Shown: one piece after another, positions 10,860 to 20,228 of the stretch
Layout: each line of letters starts with the position of its first letter
How positions within the stretch are numbered: the stretch's first letter is position 1
From: an uncultured bacterium
Lineage (GTDB): Bacteria > Patescibacteriota > Minisyncoccia > UBA6257 > 2-01-FULL-56-20
Direction: 5' to 3'
Assembly (NCBI GenBank): GCA_963718575.1
Contig: OY970358.1
Coordinates: 450,172-514,171, forward strand
Length of the DNA: 64,000 bases
Translations under genes and position numbers: made by a program
The notes under the pieces: model-generated
Seen by the model: only the letters and a program-made list of their open reading frames with translations
Databases searched by the model: none
What the model was told of the DNA's origin: nothing

Positions 10860-12395
10860 ATGGCAAAGAAAATGGCGATTCTCGTGGTGCTGGACGGATG
10901 GGGTATCGGCAAGGACTCATACATTAACCCCGTCTTCGTGGCAAAGCCGCCGACATTCCAATGGCTCGCCGAGAACTATCCCCTCACGAGCCTCCAGGCA
11001 TCGGGCATCTCCGTCGGGCTTCCGTGGGGCGAGACCGGCAACAGCGAGGTCGGCCACCTCACGCTCGGCGCCGGCAAGGTCGTCTATCAATATTATCCAA
11101 AGATCATGATGGCGATCCAAGACGGCACGTTCTTCGAAAATCCAGTGCTGAAAGCCGCCTTCGCGCACGCGCGCGATAATAATTCCGCGATCAACTTTGC
11201 GGGACTGCTCACCAAGGCGAATGTGCACGCATCGCTCGATCATCTCCACGCGCTTTTAAAAATGGCGCAGATGGAGAAGGTCACAAGAATAAATCTCCAT
11301 CTTTTCGCAGACGGAGAGGACAGTCCTCCGCATACTGTCGGCGACTTTCTTAAAGAGATCCCGAAGGAATATTTGGCGAGTCTCACAGGCCGCTATTATG
11401 CGATGGATCGCGAGGGCAATTGGCGCCTCACGCAGACCGCGTACGAAGCGATCCTCGGCAAGAGCGGCACGATCGTGGGCGACCCGACGGCGGCGATCGA
11501 GGCCACCTATAAGCACGATGCGACAGAGGAGTATCTTCCTGCACTCCGCTTTTCGGAGGATAAACACCTGAACGACGGCGACGCGCTCGTGTTCTTCAAT
11601 TATCGCGAAGACAGCATCCGCCAGCTGGCGTCCGCGTTCATCAAAAAAGATTTCTCTGAATTCCCCATCGTCCCATTCAACAATCTCTACGTCGCAACGC
11701 TCACCCACTACGATGACACATTCGATGCGCCGTTCGCATTCGCCGCCGACGGGGTCGAGCATCCGCTGGGACGAGTGATAAGCGATGCCGGCCTCACCCA
11801 GCTCCGCCTGGCCGAGACATATAAATATGCGCACGTCACCTACTTCTTCAACGGATTCCGCGAGGCGCCATTCAAAGGAGAATACCGCACGCTCGTGCCG
11901 TCCGCGTCCGGCCCGCATCCCGAAGAACATCCCGAGATGATGGCCGTCGCGATCACCGACCGCCTGATCGAAGCGATCGACAGCCGCGGATTCGATTTCA
12001 TCCTCGTCAACTATTCGAACGCCGACACGATGGGACACAGCGCCAACTTCAAAGCCGCGCTCGAAGCGATCAACGTGCTCGACACGCAGATCGCGCGCGT
12101 CATCAAAGCGGCGGACAATCCCGACACGCTCCTCTTCATCACCGCCGATCACGGCAACGTGGAAGAGATGATCAATGAACGTACCGGCGAACCCGAAAGC
12201 CAGCACGACCCCAACCCCGTGCCGTTCCACCTCGTCGTGCAGGAATATAAGGGAAGAAAGTTCATCAACGCCGACCGCCTCACCACCGAAACGCTCGGCT
12301 CCCTCGCCGACGTCGCCCCCACCATCCTCGCGCTCATGGGCATCCAAAAACCCGACGAGATGATCGGCACAAGTCTGTTGAATGGCCTGATATAG
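10860..12395 (+). CDS. gpmI: 2,3-bisphosphoglycerate-independent phosphoglycerate mutase
   Basis: MAKKMAILVVLDGWGIG...GLPWGETGNSEVGHLTLGAG...ITADHGN: iPGM metalloenzyme motifs. 511 aa. Confidence 0.9.
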   Translation: MAKKMAILVVLDGWGIGKDSYINPVFVAKPPTFQWLAENYPLTSLQASGISVGLPWGETGNSEVGHLTLGAGKVVYQYYPKIMMAIQDGTFFENPVLKAAFAHARDNNSAINFAGLLTKANVHASLDHLHALLKMAQMEKVTRINLHLFADGEDSPPHTVGDFLKEIPKEYLASLTGRYYAMDREGNWRLTQTAYEAILGKSGTIVGDPTAAIEATYKHDATEEYLPALRFSEDKHLNDGDALVFFNYREDSIRQLASAFIKKDFSEFPIVPFNNLYVATLTHYDDTFDAPFAFAADGVEHPLGRVISDAGLTQLRLAETYKYAHVTYFFNGFREAPFKGEYRTLVPSASGPHPEEHPEMMAVAITDRLIEAIDSRGFDFILVNYSNADTMGHSANFKAALEAINVLDTQIARVIKAADNPDTLLFITADHGNVEEMINERTGEPESQHDPNPVPFHLVVQEYKGRKFINADRLTTETLGSLADVAPTILALMGIQKPDEMIGTSLLNGLI

Positions 12396-12514
12396 GAGGA
12401 GAATAGGTAGTGTCTTTGGATGTGCCCACTGTCCCGGACAGCGAACGAAATTCGAATCTGGTTTATGAGTAAAACCTGAACGATTGATTTTTAAACTGCT
12501 TAAATAAAAACTTT

Positions 12515-13090
12515 TTAATAAATTTCGCTCTTAGTATCTCCATGAATCAATTCTTGATTTTTAAAAATTTCCTCTTGTACCACTTGCAATGCTTGTTCAG
12601 TTTTAAAAGATCCACTTGACCCAGAAGGAAAGTCCGGGTCGCTACCGAAGACATCGACGCCTATCTCAGCATTGACAATCATGTAATGTACCATTTCTTC
12701 GTTGGTAATAGAATTCCGAAAGCTTATACGAATACAATAATAGAGATTCGACGTATCAGCCGTTAAGGAATTCTGCCAATTTTCTATTTTAAAATCGGGT
12801 TTCAGATCGACTCTCAAACTAGCTCCCGGATTCAAAGCCACAAATGAAGATCCATTCCCGCCAGGGGCGTTATATAGACCCATTGGATTGCTGGTGCTTA
12901 TTGGAGAATTAATTACATATGCTGACACCCGTATATATCCATTGTTAATCGGAACTAAGCCTAAATTCTTTATGGTTAAAATCTTTGATGTTGGATCTAC
13001 TGCCATATCCAGCACTACCCTTGAGTTAAGCTGACTCGACAGGGATTGTTGAATAATAAATATCAATATAAAAATAGCTAAGCTTTCCAT
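12515..13090 (-). CDS. Hypothetical secreted protein in an AT-rich segment
   Basis: 191 aa, N-terminal hydrophobic signal-like segment. Local GC is much lower than the flanks (12400-13340). Confidence 0.45.
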   Translation of the reverse strand: MESLAIFILIFIIQQSLSSQLNSRVVLDMAVDPTSKILTIKNLGLVPINNGYIRVSAYVINSPISTSNPMGLYNAPGGNGSSFVALNPGASLRVDLKPDFKIENWQNSLTADTSNLYYCIRISFRNSITNEEMVHYMIVNAEIGVDVFGSDPDFPSGSSGSFKTEQALQVVQEEIFKNQELIHGDTKSEIY

Positions 13091-13363
13091 AAAGAATCCC
13101 CAGAACGAACATGGTATATATATATTATTTTTTTCTCATATTTTTGTAATATTTTTCCAAAAGAAAAAATTAAAATCGCAACCATTCCGGAAGCCCAAAA
13201 CCACCAAGGAATAATTTCTAAATGCATAGAAAAGCGAGAATTAATCTCTTTGTCAGAAAAAGCATTCTATAAATCTTAACAGAATTTCCGCCCTTTCTAT
13301 ATATTTACCATACTTACCCTCTGTGTCCTGGGCAGAATTTGAGCCCAATCTCCTTATCACTCC

Positions 13364-13497
13364 CTTCGCTTTTGCAAGGGTGTGTCCTGAGGTTTTCGGG
13401 GCATTCCGGAGGTGCGAAGGCGCCGAGGCTTAGCGATTTTCCAGCAGGAAAATACGCGGCCCCGAAAACCTCAGGACACACCCTTGCAAAAGCGAAG
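13364..13497. repeat. Hairpin element E2: perfect 38-bp inverted repeat (13364-13401 / 13460-13497) around a 58-nt loop carrying TTCCGGAGGTGCGAAGGCGCCGAGGC
   Basis: Arms cttcgcttttgcaagggtgtgtcctgaggttttcgggg / reverse complement. The loop holds ggtgc-GAAG-gcgcc and ttttcc-AGCA-ggaaaa. Same architecture and loop motif as E1, with completely different stem sequences. Confidence 0.8.
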
Positions 13498-13511
13498 ATT
13501 GCTGATATAAT
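13484..13511 (+). promoter_or_regulatory. Strong sigma70-like promoter (TTGCAA -16- TATAAT) ending 7 nt before the rpsA ATG: predicted leaderless transcript
   Basis: TTGCAA 13484-13489 lies inside the right arm of E2. TATAAT 13506-13511. ATG at 13519 has no Shine-Dalgarno. Confidence 0.5.
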
Positions 13512-13518
13512 CATCCTC

Positions 13519-14613
13519 ATGCCACAAACAGAAGATCCGAAGGCGACCACCATCGCACAGGCGCTGAAAACCGAGATATCGACCACCGACTGGCCAAAGG
13601 AGGGCAGCGTTGTTGAAGTCACGCTTTTAAAGCGCCTCCCCCGCAAAGCCTACTTTGATATGGGCCGCTTTGGCACCGGCATCGTGTTCGGTGCAGAGAT
13701 CGCGAATGCGCGCGAAGCGTTGCGCACCCTAAAGCCCGGCGATTCGCTCCAGGCGAAGATCGTCGTCCTCGACGGCGAGGAAGGACACATCGAGCTCTCG
13801 CTCTCCGAAGCCGGCAAGCAAAAACTCTGGGCGCTCGCCAAGGATTATGCGGAATCGGGCGAAGTGATCAAGGCAAAGATCGTTGCCGCGAACGCGGGCG
13901 GGCTCATGACCGTCGTCGCGGATGACCTCAAGGCGTTCCTTCCCGTGTCTCAGCTTTCACTTGAACACTATCCGAAGGTTCCGGACGGCGACCGCATCAA
14001 GATCGCGGAAGAGTTGAAAAAGTTCGTCGGCCAGGAATTGAACGTCAAGATCATCGACGTCAACCCTCGCACGAATAAAGTGATCGTCTCCGAGCGCGAA
14101 GTGCTTTCCGCAAACGTCAAAGAATTGCTCGCCGCATACACGATCGGCCAGGTCATTGACGTGATGGTCTCCGGCACCGCCGACTTCGGCGTGTTCGTCC
14201 GCTTCACCGACAATCCGCAGATCGAGGGCATGATCCACATCTCCGAGCTGGATTACAAGTTGATCGACAACCCTAAGGAGCTCGTCAAAGTGAACGATCC
14301 GTTGAAAGCAAAAATTATTGATATCAAAGAAGGCCGCGTCTTCCTTTCGCTCAAAGCGCTCAAGGAAGATCCGTGGGTCAAAGCCGGCGACAAGTTCAAA
14401 CCGGGCGAGACCGTCCAGGGCAAAGTCTATAAGTTCAATCCGTTCGGCGCGGTCGTCGCGCTCGACGGCGACCTCCAAGGCATGGTGCACATCTCCGAAT
14501 TCGGCGGCCAGGACGAGATGAAGAAAGCGCTCACCGTCGGCGAGACCTATCCGTTCGTCATTGACACCGTAAAGCAGGAAGAGAAGCGGATCACGTTGAA
14601 GACGAAGAAATAA
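13519..14613 (+). CDS. rpsA: 30S ribosomal protein S1-like protein (four S1 domains, short form)
   Basis: Repeated S1 OB-fold units (GSVVEVTLLK...; GEVIKAKIVAANAGGLMTVV; GQVIDVMVSGTADFGVFVRF; GETVQGKVYKFNPFGAVVAL). The ORF track's start at 13339 would read through the E2 hairpin. MPQTED at 13519 is the likely start. Confidence 0.8.
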   Translation: MPQTEDPKATTIAQALKTEISTTDWPKEGSVVEVTLLKRLPRKAYFDMGRFGTGIVFGAEIANAREALRTLKPGDSLQAKIVVLDGEEGHIELSLSEAGKQKLWALAKDYAESGEVIKAKIVAANAGGLMTVVADDLKAFLPVSQLSLEHYPKVPDGDRIKIAEELKKFVGQELNVKIIDVNPRTNKVIVSEREVLSANVKELLAAYTIGQVIDVMVSGTADFGVFVRFTDNPQIEGMIHISELDYKLIDNPKELVKVNDPLKAKIIDIKEGRVFLSLKALKEDPWVKAGDKFKPGETVQGKVYKFNPFGAVVALDGDLQGMVHISEFGGQDEMKKALTVGETYPFVIDTVKQEEKRITLKTKK

Positions 14614-14631
14614 AAATGGCCCTTTGGGGCT

Positions 14632-14662
14632 ATTTTTTTATCTTTACTTTCGGGTGGAAATC
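14632..14662 (+). terminator. Weak intrinsic terminator candidate after rpsA
   Basis: gccc-tttg-gggc followed by TATTTTTTTAT. Short stem. Confidence 0.35.
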
Positions 14663-14692
14663 CGATATTCTAAGACCTGAATTCAGCACTAT

Positions 14693-14763
14693 GCCGCGAT
14701 AGCTCAATGGTAGAGCACTCGCCTGAAGAGCGAGCTAAGTGAGTTCGATTCTCTCTCGCGGCA
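14693..14763 (+). tRNA. tRNA-Phe (anticodon GAA)
   Basis: Cloverleaf: acceptor GCCGCGA/TCGCGGC, D-arm GCTC-AATGGTA-GAGC, anticodon arm CTCGC-CTGAAGA-GCGAG, T-loop TTCGATT (one T.T mismatch in the T-stem), discriminator A, no encoded CCA. Confidence 0.8.
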
Positions 14764-16276
14764 CAAGAGTAGAAACTAGATTTTTTTCAGAAAAATTTTT
14801 GCGCGATGCGCACAGCGCATCGTTAGGTGGGGTGGGGGTAACGACGAGAGAACGGGAAGAAAGAAAGAGGGTCGAGCCGAAGAATTTTTTTGCCGAGAGT
14901 TTTTTCTGCGTGAGGGTGGGGGCAAGAGCGGTTTCCGTCAGATTTTCTGCGTCTTTTATCCACTCTCTTAGGGGTTCGAGCCAAGCGACCTGTCCTTTTT
15001 GCAAAGAGGCCATTTCTTCCTCCAGCCCCTTCTTGCGGAGAAGAAGCACCGACCTCTGTTCTTGGTATTGCTCTTTGCCGATGCTCTCCTCCAACCGGAC
15101 TTCGAGCAGGATGCTTAGCTTCTTCTCAATGGCCGATATTTCGCCTCTCGTCGCTTGGCTCGCGGCGGCGGACGACTGGATGGCCTCCTGTTCGTCCTTG
15201 TCCGCCATCCTGTTCAATTCCGCCGCCCAATCATGGGGCAAGGCGTATTGGGTCATAATATCTGAAAGCTCGGCTGACAACGCTTCCTCTCGGATGAAGG
15301 GTTGGGAGCAAGTGCCCTTCTTCTTCGTGCATCGGTAGTAGGTGTAGGTATGGACGTTCCCGTTCTTCTGATGCTTGGTCTTTGTTTCGGCCGTGATGCT
15401 CATGCCGCACTCGCCGCAACGCAACAGGCCGCAAAGAGGGCTTGCGTTATTCTCCGGCTCATGGCGCGGTCGGCTTCGCTCTTTCAAAACCTCCTGTACT
15501 TTATCAAAAAGTTTCTTCGAGATGAGCGGCGGATGCTTGCCCTCATATAACTCTCCGGCGTAGCGGAACATACCGATATAGAAGGGGTTGGTGAGAATGG
15601 CTTTCACTTGGTCGCGCTTCAACGGCTTGCCGCCTCCGCCACTCCATCGCTTCGTTGCTCTCGTCTTGATGCCGTGGTTGAAAAGAAACATCGACAAATC
15701 CTCCAAGTGGGATTTGTTCTCGGCGGTAAGTTCAAACAGCTTTACCAAAACAGGAGCTTCGCGCCTGTCCCTTACGACGAGTTTGCGGGCTACATCGTTC
15801 ATATATCCGGGCGGGGCAACCGAAGGATACTCGCCCCGTTTGGCTTTCTCGTGTAGGCCGCGCTTGGTATTCGCGCTCAAGTCGCGGACATATTGGGTAG
15901 CCGCCGCGAACTCAACCGACATGAGAAGCCCGTTGTCCTCGGACTGATAGTCGTGCTCATAGGTGCGGACTTGCTGTATCGTGCCGATTTGGTGAAGCCA
16001 TCGTATTTTCCCGTCGTCCCACGGATTGCGGGCTAACCTGTCGAGTTTCCAACATAAAATACCCTGCGCCTCGCCCCGTTCAATCCTCTCTATCATCTGA
16101 TTGAAGACGGGGCGGCCGGGTTTCTTCGCCGTCTCCTTCTCGGTGAACTCGTGAATGATGCTAAGTCCTTCTTGCTTGGCTAAGGCTCGCAACACGGAAA
16201 GTTGGTCTTCGATAGAGCGTATCTGCCTGTCTTCGGCTTCGGATGATTTGCGGGCGTAGAGGAAATATGAGGTCAT
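14735..16276 (-). CDS. Large serine recombinase (resolvase/invertase catalytic domain + recombinase domain + zinc ribbon)
   Basis: MTSYFLYARKSSEAEDRQIRSIEDQ (catalytic Ser region), ...KLDRLARN..., a Cys-rich CGLLRCGECG...YYRCTKKKGTC zinc ribbon and a C-terminal coiled coil. The 3' end overlaps the tRNA-Phe 3' end. Start taken at MTSYF (16276); ORF track start 16348. Confidence 0.85.
   Translation of the reverse strand: MTSYFLYARKSSEAEDRQIRSIEDQLSVLRALAKQEGLSIIHEFTEKETAKKPGRPVFNQMIERIERGEAQGILCWKLDRLARNPWDDGKIRWLHQIGTIQQVRTYEHDYQSEDNGLLMSVEFAAATQYVRDLSANTKRGLHEKAKRGEYPSVAPPGYMNDVARKLVVRDRREAPVLVKLFELTAENKSHLEDLSMFLFNHGIKTRATKRWSGGGGKPLKRDQVKAILTNPFYIGMFRYAGELYEGKHPPLISKKLFDKVQEVLKERSRPRHEPENNASPLCGLLRCGECGMSITAETKTKHQKNGNVHTYTYYRCTKKKGTCSQPFIREEALSAELSDIMTQYALPHDWAAELNRMADKDEQEAIQSSAAASQATRGEISAIEKKLSILLEVRLEESIGKEQYQEQRSVLLLRKKGLEEEMASLQKGQVAWLEPLREWIKDAENLTETALAPTLTQKKLSAKKFFGSTLFLSSRSLVVTPTPPNDALCASRKNFSEKNLVSTLVPRERIELT
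14762..14935. repeat. IR1-left: 174-bp arm, exact reverse complement of 19343-19516
   Basis: Checked base by base at both ends and in the middle. Begins 2 nt inside the 3' end of tRNA-Phe and contains the last ~57 codons of the serine recombinase. Confidence 0.9.
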
Positions 16277-16333
16277 GCAATAAGTGTATCCCATCTTGGG
16301 ATATGCCGCAAGAGGATATACGATTAAGTTGAA

Positions 16334-16546
16334 ATGACGAACGTTCAAGCAAAAGACTATAGGGATTTTCTAAAACGTCTCCGTAAAGCCCGTGAAGAAG
16401 TTGGGCTACTACAATCCGATGTCGCCAAGAAGCTTGGAAAACCACAATCTTATATTTCAAAAGTGGAATCGGGAGAACGGCGTATTGATTTCATAGAGTT
16501 GAAAAAACTTTCGATGATTTACAAGAAAAAACTAGATTTTTTCTAA
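16334..16546 (+). CDS. XRE-family helix-turn-helix transcriptional regulator (Cro/CI-like)
   Basis: 70 aa; LLQSDVAKKLGKPQSYISKVESGERRIDFIELKKL is a classic HTH_XRE. Divergent from the recombinase gene with a 57-bp shared control region. Confidence 0.8.
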   Translation: MTNVQAKDYRDFLKRLRKAREEVGLLQSDVAKKLGKPQSYISKVESGERRIDFIELKKLSMIYKKKLDFF

Positions 16547-16555
16547 AACCAATTC

Positions 16556-17386
16556 CTATACTCTTGCTCCCGTTAGGTTTGCGCTTTCGTATCGCCGCAC
16601 ACCCTTTCGCAAAACCCAAAGCGCGACGAAAAACCATGCCGCCGCCAACGCCCAGATTAAAGCGACTTCTGCGACGTTGATATTTTTAACTGCTTCTATA
16701 GGTAAGCCGCCAACGGCTATGCTTGGGATAATAAAAATAAAAATAAAACGAATTACTCCTTGGTACACCCCCGAAGGGTAAAGACTTGGGCCGACCAGTA
16801 TATCAAAGGCGTCGTCCGAAAGTTGCGCGGAATCGGGGAGATAAAACGAGATACAGGAAGCCATCAGTGCAAAATTTATAAATATCGTCGTTGCGGGGAT
16901 GATAAGTGAAATTAGCAAAATAATCTGCACAAGCGATGCGTGCGTTATGTAGGTATATATGGCAAAAAGAATAATACCAAATATCGTGTCCCCGATGGCA
17001 CTTGTCATTGTCGTTGTCGTCAAAATTCGCAAATAGAGATTTTTCGGCGTAAGAAGAATTGAGTCAAAAGTTCCATTATTAACAAAAGAATCCAAGTTGT
17101 TTGCGCCGTAACAAAACGAGAACGCAAGTCCGAAAGTTATTGCAACAAAACCTTGCAATCCTATAACCTCTACGCCCGACCAGCCGTTAATAGTCCCAAA
17201 GGCCTTAAAGAACAACAACCAAACCACCACGAACGCAAAATTATTTACAACCATTCCAACGACCTGCATGAGAAAGGAAAACCGAAGTTCCGCCGCCGCC
17301 ATGAGATTTATTTTAATATAGCGACCAGCAACGGAAAGCTCGGAAATAAATTTCTGAAAGGTCGTTTTTTTGGCAAATTTTCTCAT
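16556..17386 (-). CDS. ABC-2 family transporter permease
   Basis: 276 aa, six predicted TM helices, second of two paralogous permeases downstream of the ATPase. Confidence 0.7.
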   Translation of the reverse strand: MRKFAKKTTFQKFISELSVAGRYIKINLMAAAELRFSFLMQVVGMVVNNFAFVVVWLLFFKAFGTINGWSGVEVIGLQGFVAITFGLAFSFCYGANNLDSFVNNGTFDSILLTPKNLYLRILTTTTMTSAIGDTIFGIILFAIYTYITHASLVQIILLISLIIPATTIFINFALMASCISFYLPDSAQLSDDAFDILVGPSLYPSGVYQGVIRFIFIFIIPSIAVGGLPIEAVKNINVAEVALIWALAAAWFFVALWVLRKGVRRYESANLTGARV

Positions 17387-17390
17387 GGCA

Positions 17391-18221
17391 TTATCCTCCG
17401 TTTATCGACAATTTCCTTTGCGCCCTTTGGAAAACAATCTTGATGAGTATGAAAAAGAAAATTACCCAAAAAAGTTGGGCGACAAGCAATAACGGCCATT
17501 GCGACAAAAAGGTGGGGTTGAACATCTGCGTTGCAAACATTGGTGCACCAAAAGGGGTGAAATTAGCAAAAGTTTGAAAAGAAGACGGGAGAAGTGCGAG
17601 CGGAACATATGCTCCTCCAAAAATGAGAATCGCTTTATCAACAATCCAAAAAAACGGTCGGGAATCGTTAATCCACAAAGAAGGTAGTGCAATCAAAATA
17701 TAAAGCCCTGCCGACACCATCGTTCCGGCGGCCGCAAGGAGTAAGGCATATAAAAGACGCGGGAACGAGGCCGAGCTTGGAAAGCCGTGCGTAAAAAGTA
17801 ACAAAATCGGTATGACAACAGCCGCACTCACCAGAAAACTTAGTAACCCCTTGCCAAACTGTTCCCAAAATTTATAAGCGACATACGAATAAGGTTTGTT
17901 GATTTGCAATTCTAGCGTACCTTTCCGCGCTTCTTCGTCAATGGTTTTGAAAACACCTCTGAATTGCATATATAGGAGCAGGTGATAAACCGCGATACTC
18001 CAAACCGCTATCGCCGCATCAACGCCGTTTATGTCTTGGCCGATGTAATGGAAGGCGTAGGTATATATAGCAAGCAATATAAGAATACGAAACGGAACGA
18101 GAATAGCACTCGTTTGAAGTTTCTTGGGATAGTACAAGGTCTCCTTTATGGAAAGGCGATATATAAAAAGATATTTTGAGGCCTGACTAAGCCAGCTACG
18201 ATTAGCTATCCTTATGTTCAT
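17391..18221 (-). CDS. ABC-2 family transporter permease
   Basis: 276 aa, six predicted TM helices. Overlaps the ATPase gene end by 20 nt (translational coupling). Confidence 0.7.
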   Translation of the reverse strand: MNIRIANRSWLSQASKYLFIYRLSIKETLYYPKKLQTSAILVPFRILILLAIYTYAFHYIGQDINGVDAAIAVWSIAVYHLLLYMQFRGVFKTIDEEARKGTLELQINKPYSYVAYKFWEQFGKGLLSFLVSAAVVIPILLLFTHGFPSSASFPRLLYALLLAAAGTMVSAGLYILIALPSLWINDSRPFFWIVDKAILIFGGAYVPLALLPSSFQTFANFTPFGAPMFATQMFNPTFLSQWPLLLVAQLFWVIFFFILIKIVFQRAQRKLSINGG

Positions 18222-19194
18222 AAATTTTTCCGATAACCTCCTCTAGCGGCGGGTCTTCGATGGTAATGTCTTGAATATCCTTGCCGTGAATTACGTCTTT
18301 GAGCACCTCGTCTATCGAAGTGATGCTGGTATCAACAGTAAATTTGACTCCGCCACCTTTATTTTTGAGGATGTCGATGCCAGCAGGCATCTCTTTCACG
18401 TCAAGCTTATCTTTTTCCCCGAGAGCAATACGGACTACTTTCTTATTGAGATATTTTCTCTTGAGATTAGATGTCTTGTCATCGAAAATTATCTTGCCTT
18501 GATTGACGATGATTGTTCTGTCGCACAGCGTTTCAATATCGCCAGCGTCATGCGAAGTCAAAAAAATGGTGGTCTTGAGGTTTTTGTTTATGGATTTCAA
18601 ATTCTCTCGCAACTTTCGTTTTGCTACAATATCAAGCCCGATGGTCGGCTCATCAAGAAATACAATCGGCGGTTCGTGGATGAGTGCCACGGCGATTTCC
18701 GCCCTCATCCGTTGTCCCAACGATAACTTTCGCACGGGTTGGTCAAAAATCTCTGCAAGGTCAAAAAGCTCAATGAGTTTCTCTCGCTGTGTCGTATATT
18801 GTGTTGTTTCAACTTCGTATACCTTGGCGAACAAATCAAATGAATCCCTAATGGGGAGATTAAAAATCAACTGCGAACGCTGACCGAATACCGTACCGAT
18901 GTTAAGTGCTAATTCTTTTCTATCTTTTTGAGGATTGAGTCCAAGAACTGATGCGTTGCCGGAAGTTGGCGACAGTATACCCGTAAGCATCTTTATAGTC
19001 GTTGATTTACCCGCTCCATTCGGGCCGATAAATGCCAGCGACTCGCCTTCAAAAGCAGAGAATGAAATGTCATCAACTGCGGTTATAGAACGGGTTTGCG
19101 GCGAAAAAAGATTTTTAAGAAAACCACTCTTTTGGTCTTTCACGGGAAACACAAAAACTTTTGTAAGATGCCGCACTTCAACAGCTTTTTCCAT
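18202..19194 (-). CDS. ABC transporter ATP-binding protein
   Basis: Walker A GPNGAGKST, signature LSLGQRMR, Walker B IVFLDEPTIGLD, H-loop. 330 aa. Confidence 0.85.
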   Translation of the reverse strand: MEKAVEVRHLTKVFVFPVKDQKSGFLKNLFSPQTRSITAVDDISFSAFEGESLAFIGPNGAGKSTTIKMLTGILSPTSGNASVLGLNPQKDRKELALNIGTVFGQRSQLIFNLPIRDSFDLFAKVYEVETTQYTTQREKLIELFDLAEIFDQPVRKLSLGQRMRAEIAVALIHEPPIVFLDEPTIGLDIVAKRKLRENLKSINKNLKTTIFLTSHDAGDIETLCDRTIIVNQGKIIFDDKTSNLKRKYLNKKVVRIALGEKDKLDVKEMPAGIDILKNKGGGVKFTVDTSITSIDEVLKDVIHGKDIQDITIEDPPLEEVIGKIYEHKDS

Positions 19195-19342
19195 ATCCCA
19201 TAATTGTATGGCTTTTTATCGCTTCTTGCCACCTTCAAAGTTCTTCAAGGGAGTTTGCCGACGCTTCGTCGGCAAAAAATAAGATTGTTCAATACTGCGC
19301 GCGCGGTTTGGGTGGGGAAGCAGTATTGTCCGCTAGTAAATC

Positions 19343-19516
19343 GAAACCGCTCTTGCCCCCACCCTCACGCAGAAAAAACTCTCGGCAAAAAAATTCTTCG
19401 GCTCGACCCTCTTTCTTTCTTCCCGTTCTCTCGTCGTTACCCCCACCCCACCTAACGATGCGCTGTGCGCATCGCGCAAAAATTTTTCTGAAAAAAATCT
19501 AGTTTCTACTCTTGTG
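19343..19516. repeat. IR1-right (partner of 14762-14935)
   Basis: Exact reverse complement of IR1-left. Confidence 0.9.
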
Positions 19517-19698
19517 AGTTTGTATCAGTCGGCTCGCAACCATTTTAGCCGAAATCAATGAGTTTTGACACCCCGCAGGGTAGTCGTTAGGGGGGTCGTT
19601 ACGCAACGACTACCCCTACCCACCCGAAGGGCTGATGGATACTGACTTTCTTCCTTCTCGCCGCCTCATTTTGGTTGCTGACATATATGACTTTTCGC
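19514..19698. repeat. IR2-left: ~185-bp arm, exact reverse complement of 20206-20389; abuts IR1-right with a 3-nt overlap (GTG)
   Basis: Boundaries and interior verified. Contains the internal palindrome gggtagtcgtt...aacgactaccc. Confidence 0.85.
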
Positions 19699-19937
19699 CA
19701 TGCAAAACCTTTCATCCATTTCCCTTACCCCTCCGTCCCTCGGAAGACCTCGGGACTTCGGGGGCGGCCGTGCTCGGCCGCATCAGGCCCTCGGCTTCCC
19801 GCTCTCCGTGCCGCAGTCGGTTTTGTATACGCGCTGGGGGGATAAAAAGATTATCGAAGATACAATAAATAAGACAAGCTCATGGCCGCATGGCCGAGGA
19901 GCGCGTCAGCCGCGAAAAATGGGCTTGCATAATTTGG

Positions 19938-20228
19938 TCAGGCAAACCATTTTTCGATTTTGGTTTCCACTTCTAATCTTGGTTGCGCGAAACGCTCTCG
20001 TGATACCCGTATGACATTCTCCATTGTTGCCTCGTCGCCGTTCAAGGCGATGGGCGGGAGCGTTTCCGCCGTGAATGGCTTGCTCCGCTTCCCGTCTATC
20101 ATCAATTTTGTATAAAATTGGTAGTTCTCCGTATGCCCCATGTCCTCGCTCCCGAACTCCGGCTTGAACTCCTCCGCAAGCTCTTTGGCGTCCAACGAGC
20201 CGACCCGAAAAGTCATATATGTCAGCAA
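19938..20228 (-). CDS. Hypothetical protein (96 aa) in the ~0.5-kb unique core between the IR2 arms
   Basis: ORF mostly in unique sequence 19699-20205. No motif recognised. ORFs 19635..19868(+) and 19906..20268(-) start with the same residues because they start inside the two IR2 arms. Confidence 0.3.
   Translation of the reverse strand: MLTYMTFRVGSLDAKELAEEFKPEFGSEDMGHTENYQFYTKLMIDGKRSKPFTAETLPPIALNGDEATMENVIRVSRERFAQPRLEVETKIEKWFA

Larger units (their letters stand above)
14762..19516. mobile_element. ~4.75-kb AT-rich element bounded by perfect 174-bp inverted repeats next to tRNA-Phe; cargo = serine recombinase, XRE regulator, ABC-2 transporter
   Basis: IR1-L/IR1-R exact reverse complements. 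Recombinase adjacent to a tRNA 3' end. Cargo GC is clearly lower than the flanking chromosome. Confidence 0.5.

Noticed and set aside
11256-12347. 363-aa minus-strand ORF inside gpmI, and similar long antisense ORFs (23510..24301, 28015..28599, 33874..34743, 40169..41185, 43544..44302, 63022..63798)
   Set aside because: They are antisense shadows of well-supported genes in GC-rich sequence. Their proteins are Arg/Gly/Asp-rich low complexity and have no motifs
12440-12455. Palindrome CTGTCCcGGACAG downstream of gpmI as a regulator binding site or terminator
   Set aside because: The stem cannot form a stable RNA hairpin (1-nt loop) and no T-tract follows; a single short palindrome is expected by chance
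13339-13518. Long N-terminal extension of rpsA (ORF track start 13339)
   Set aside because: The extension reads straight through the perfect 38-bp hairpin E2 and encodes no S1-like sequence. ATG at 13519 follows a consensus promoter
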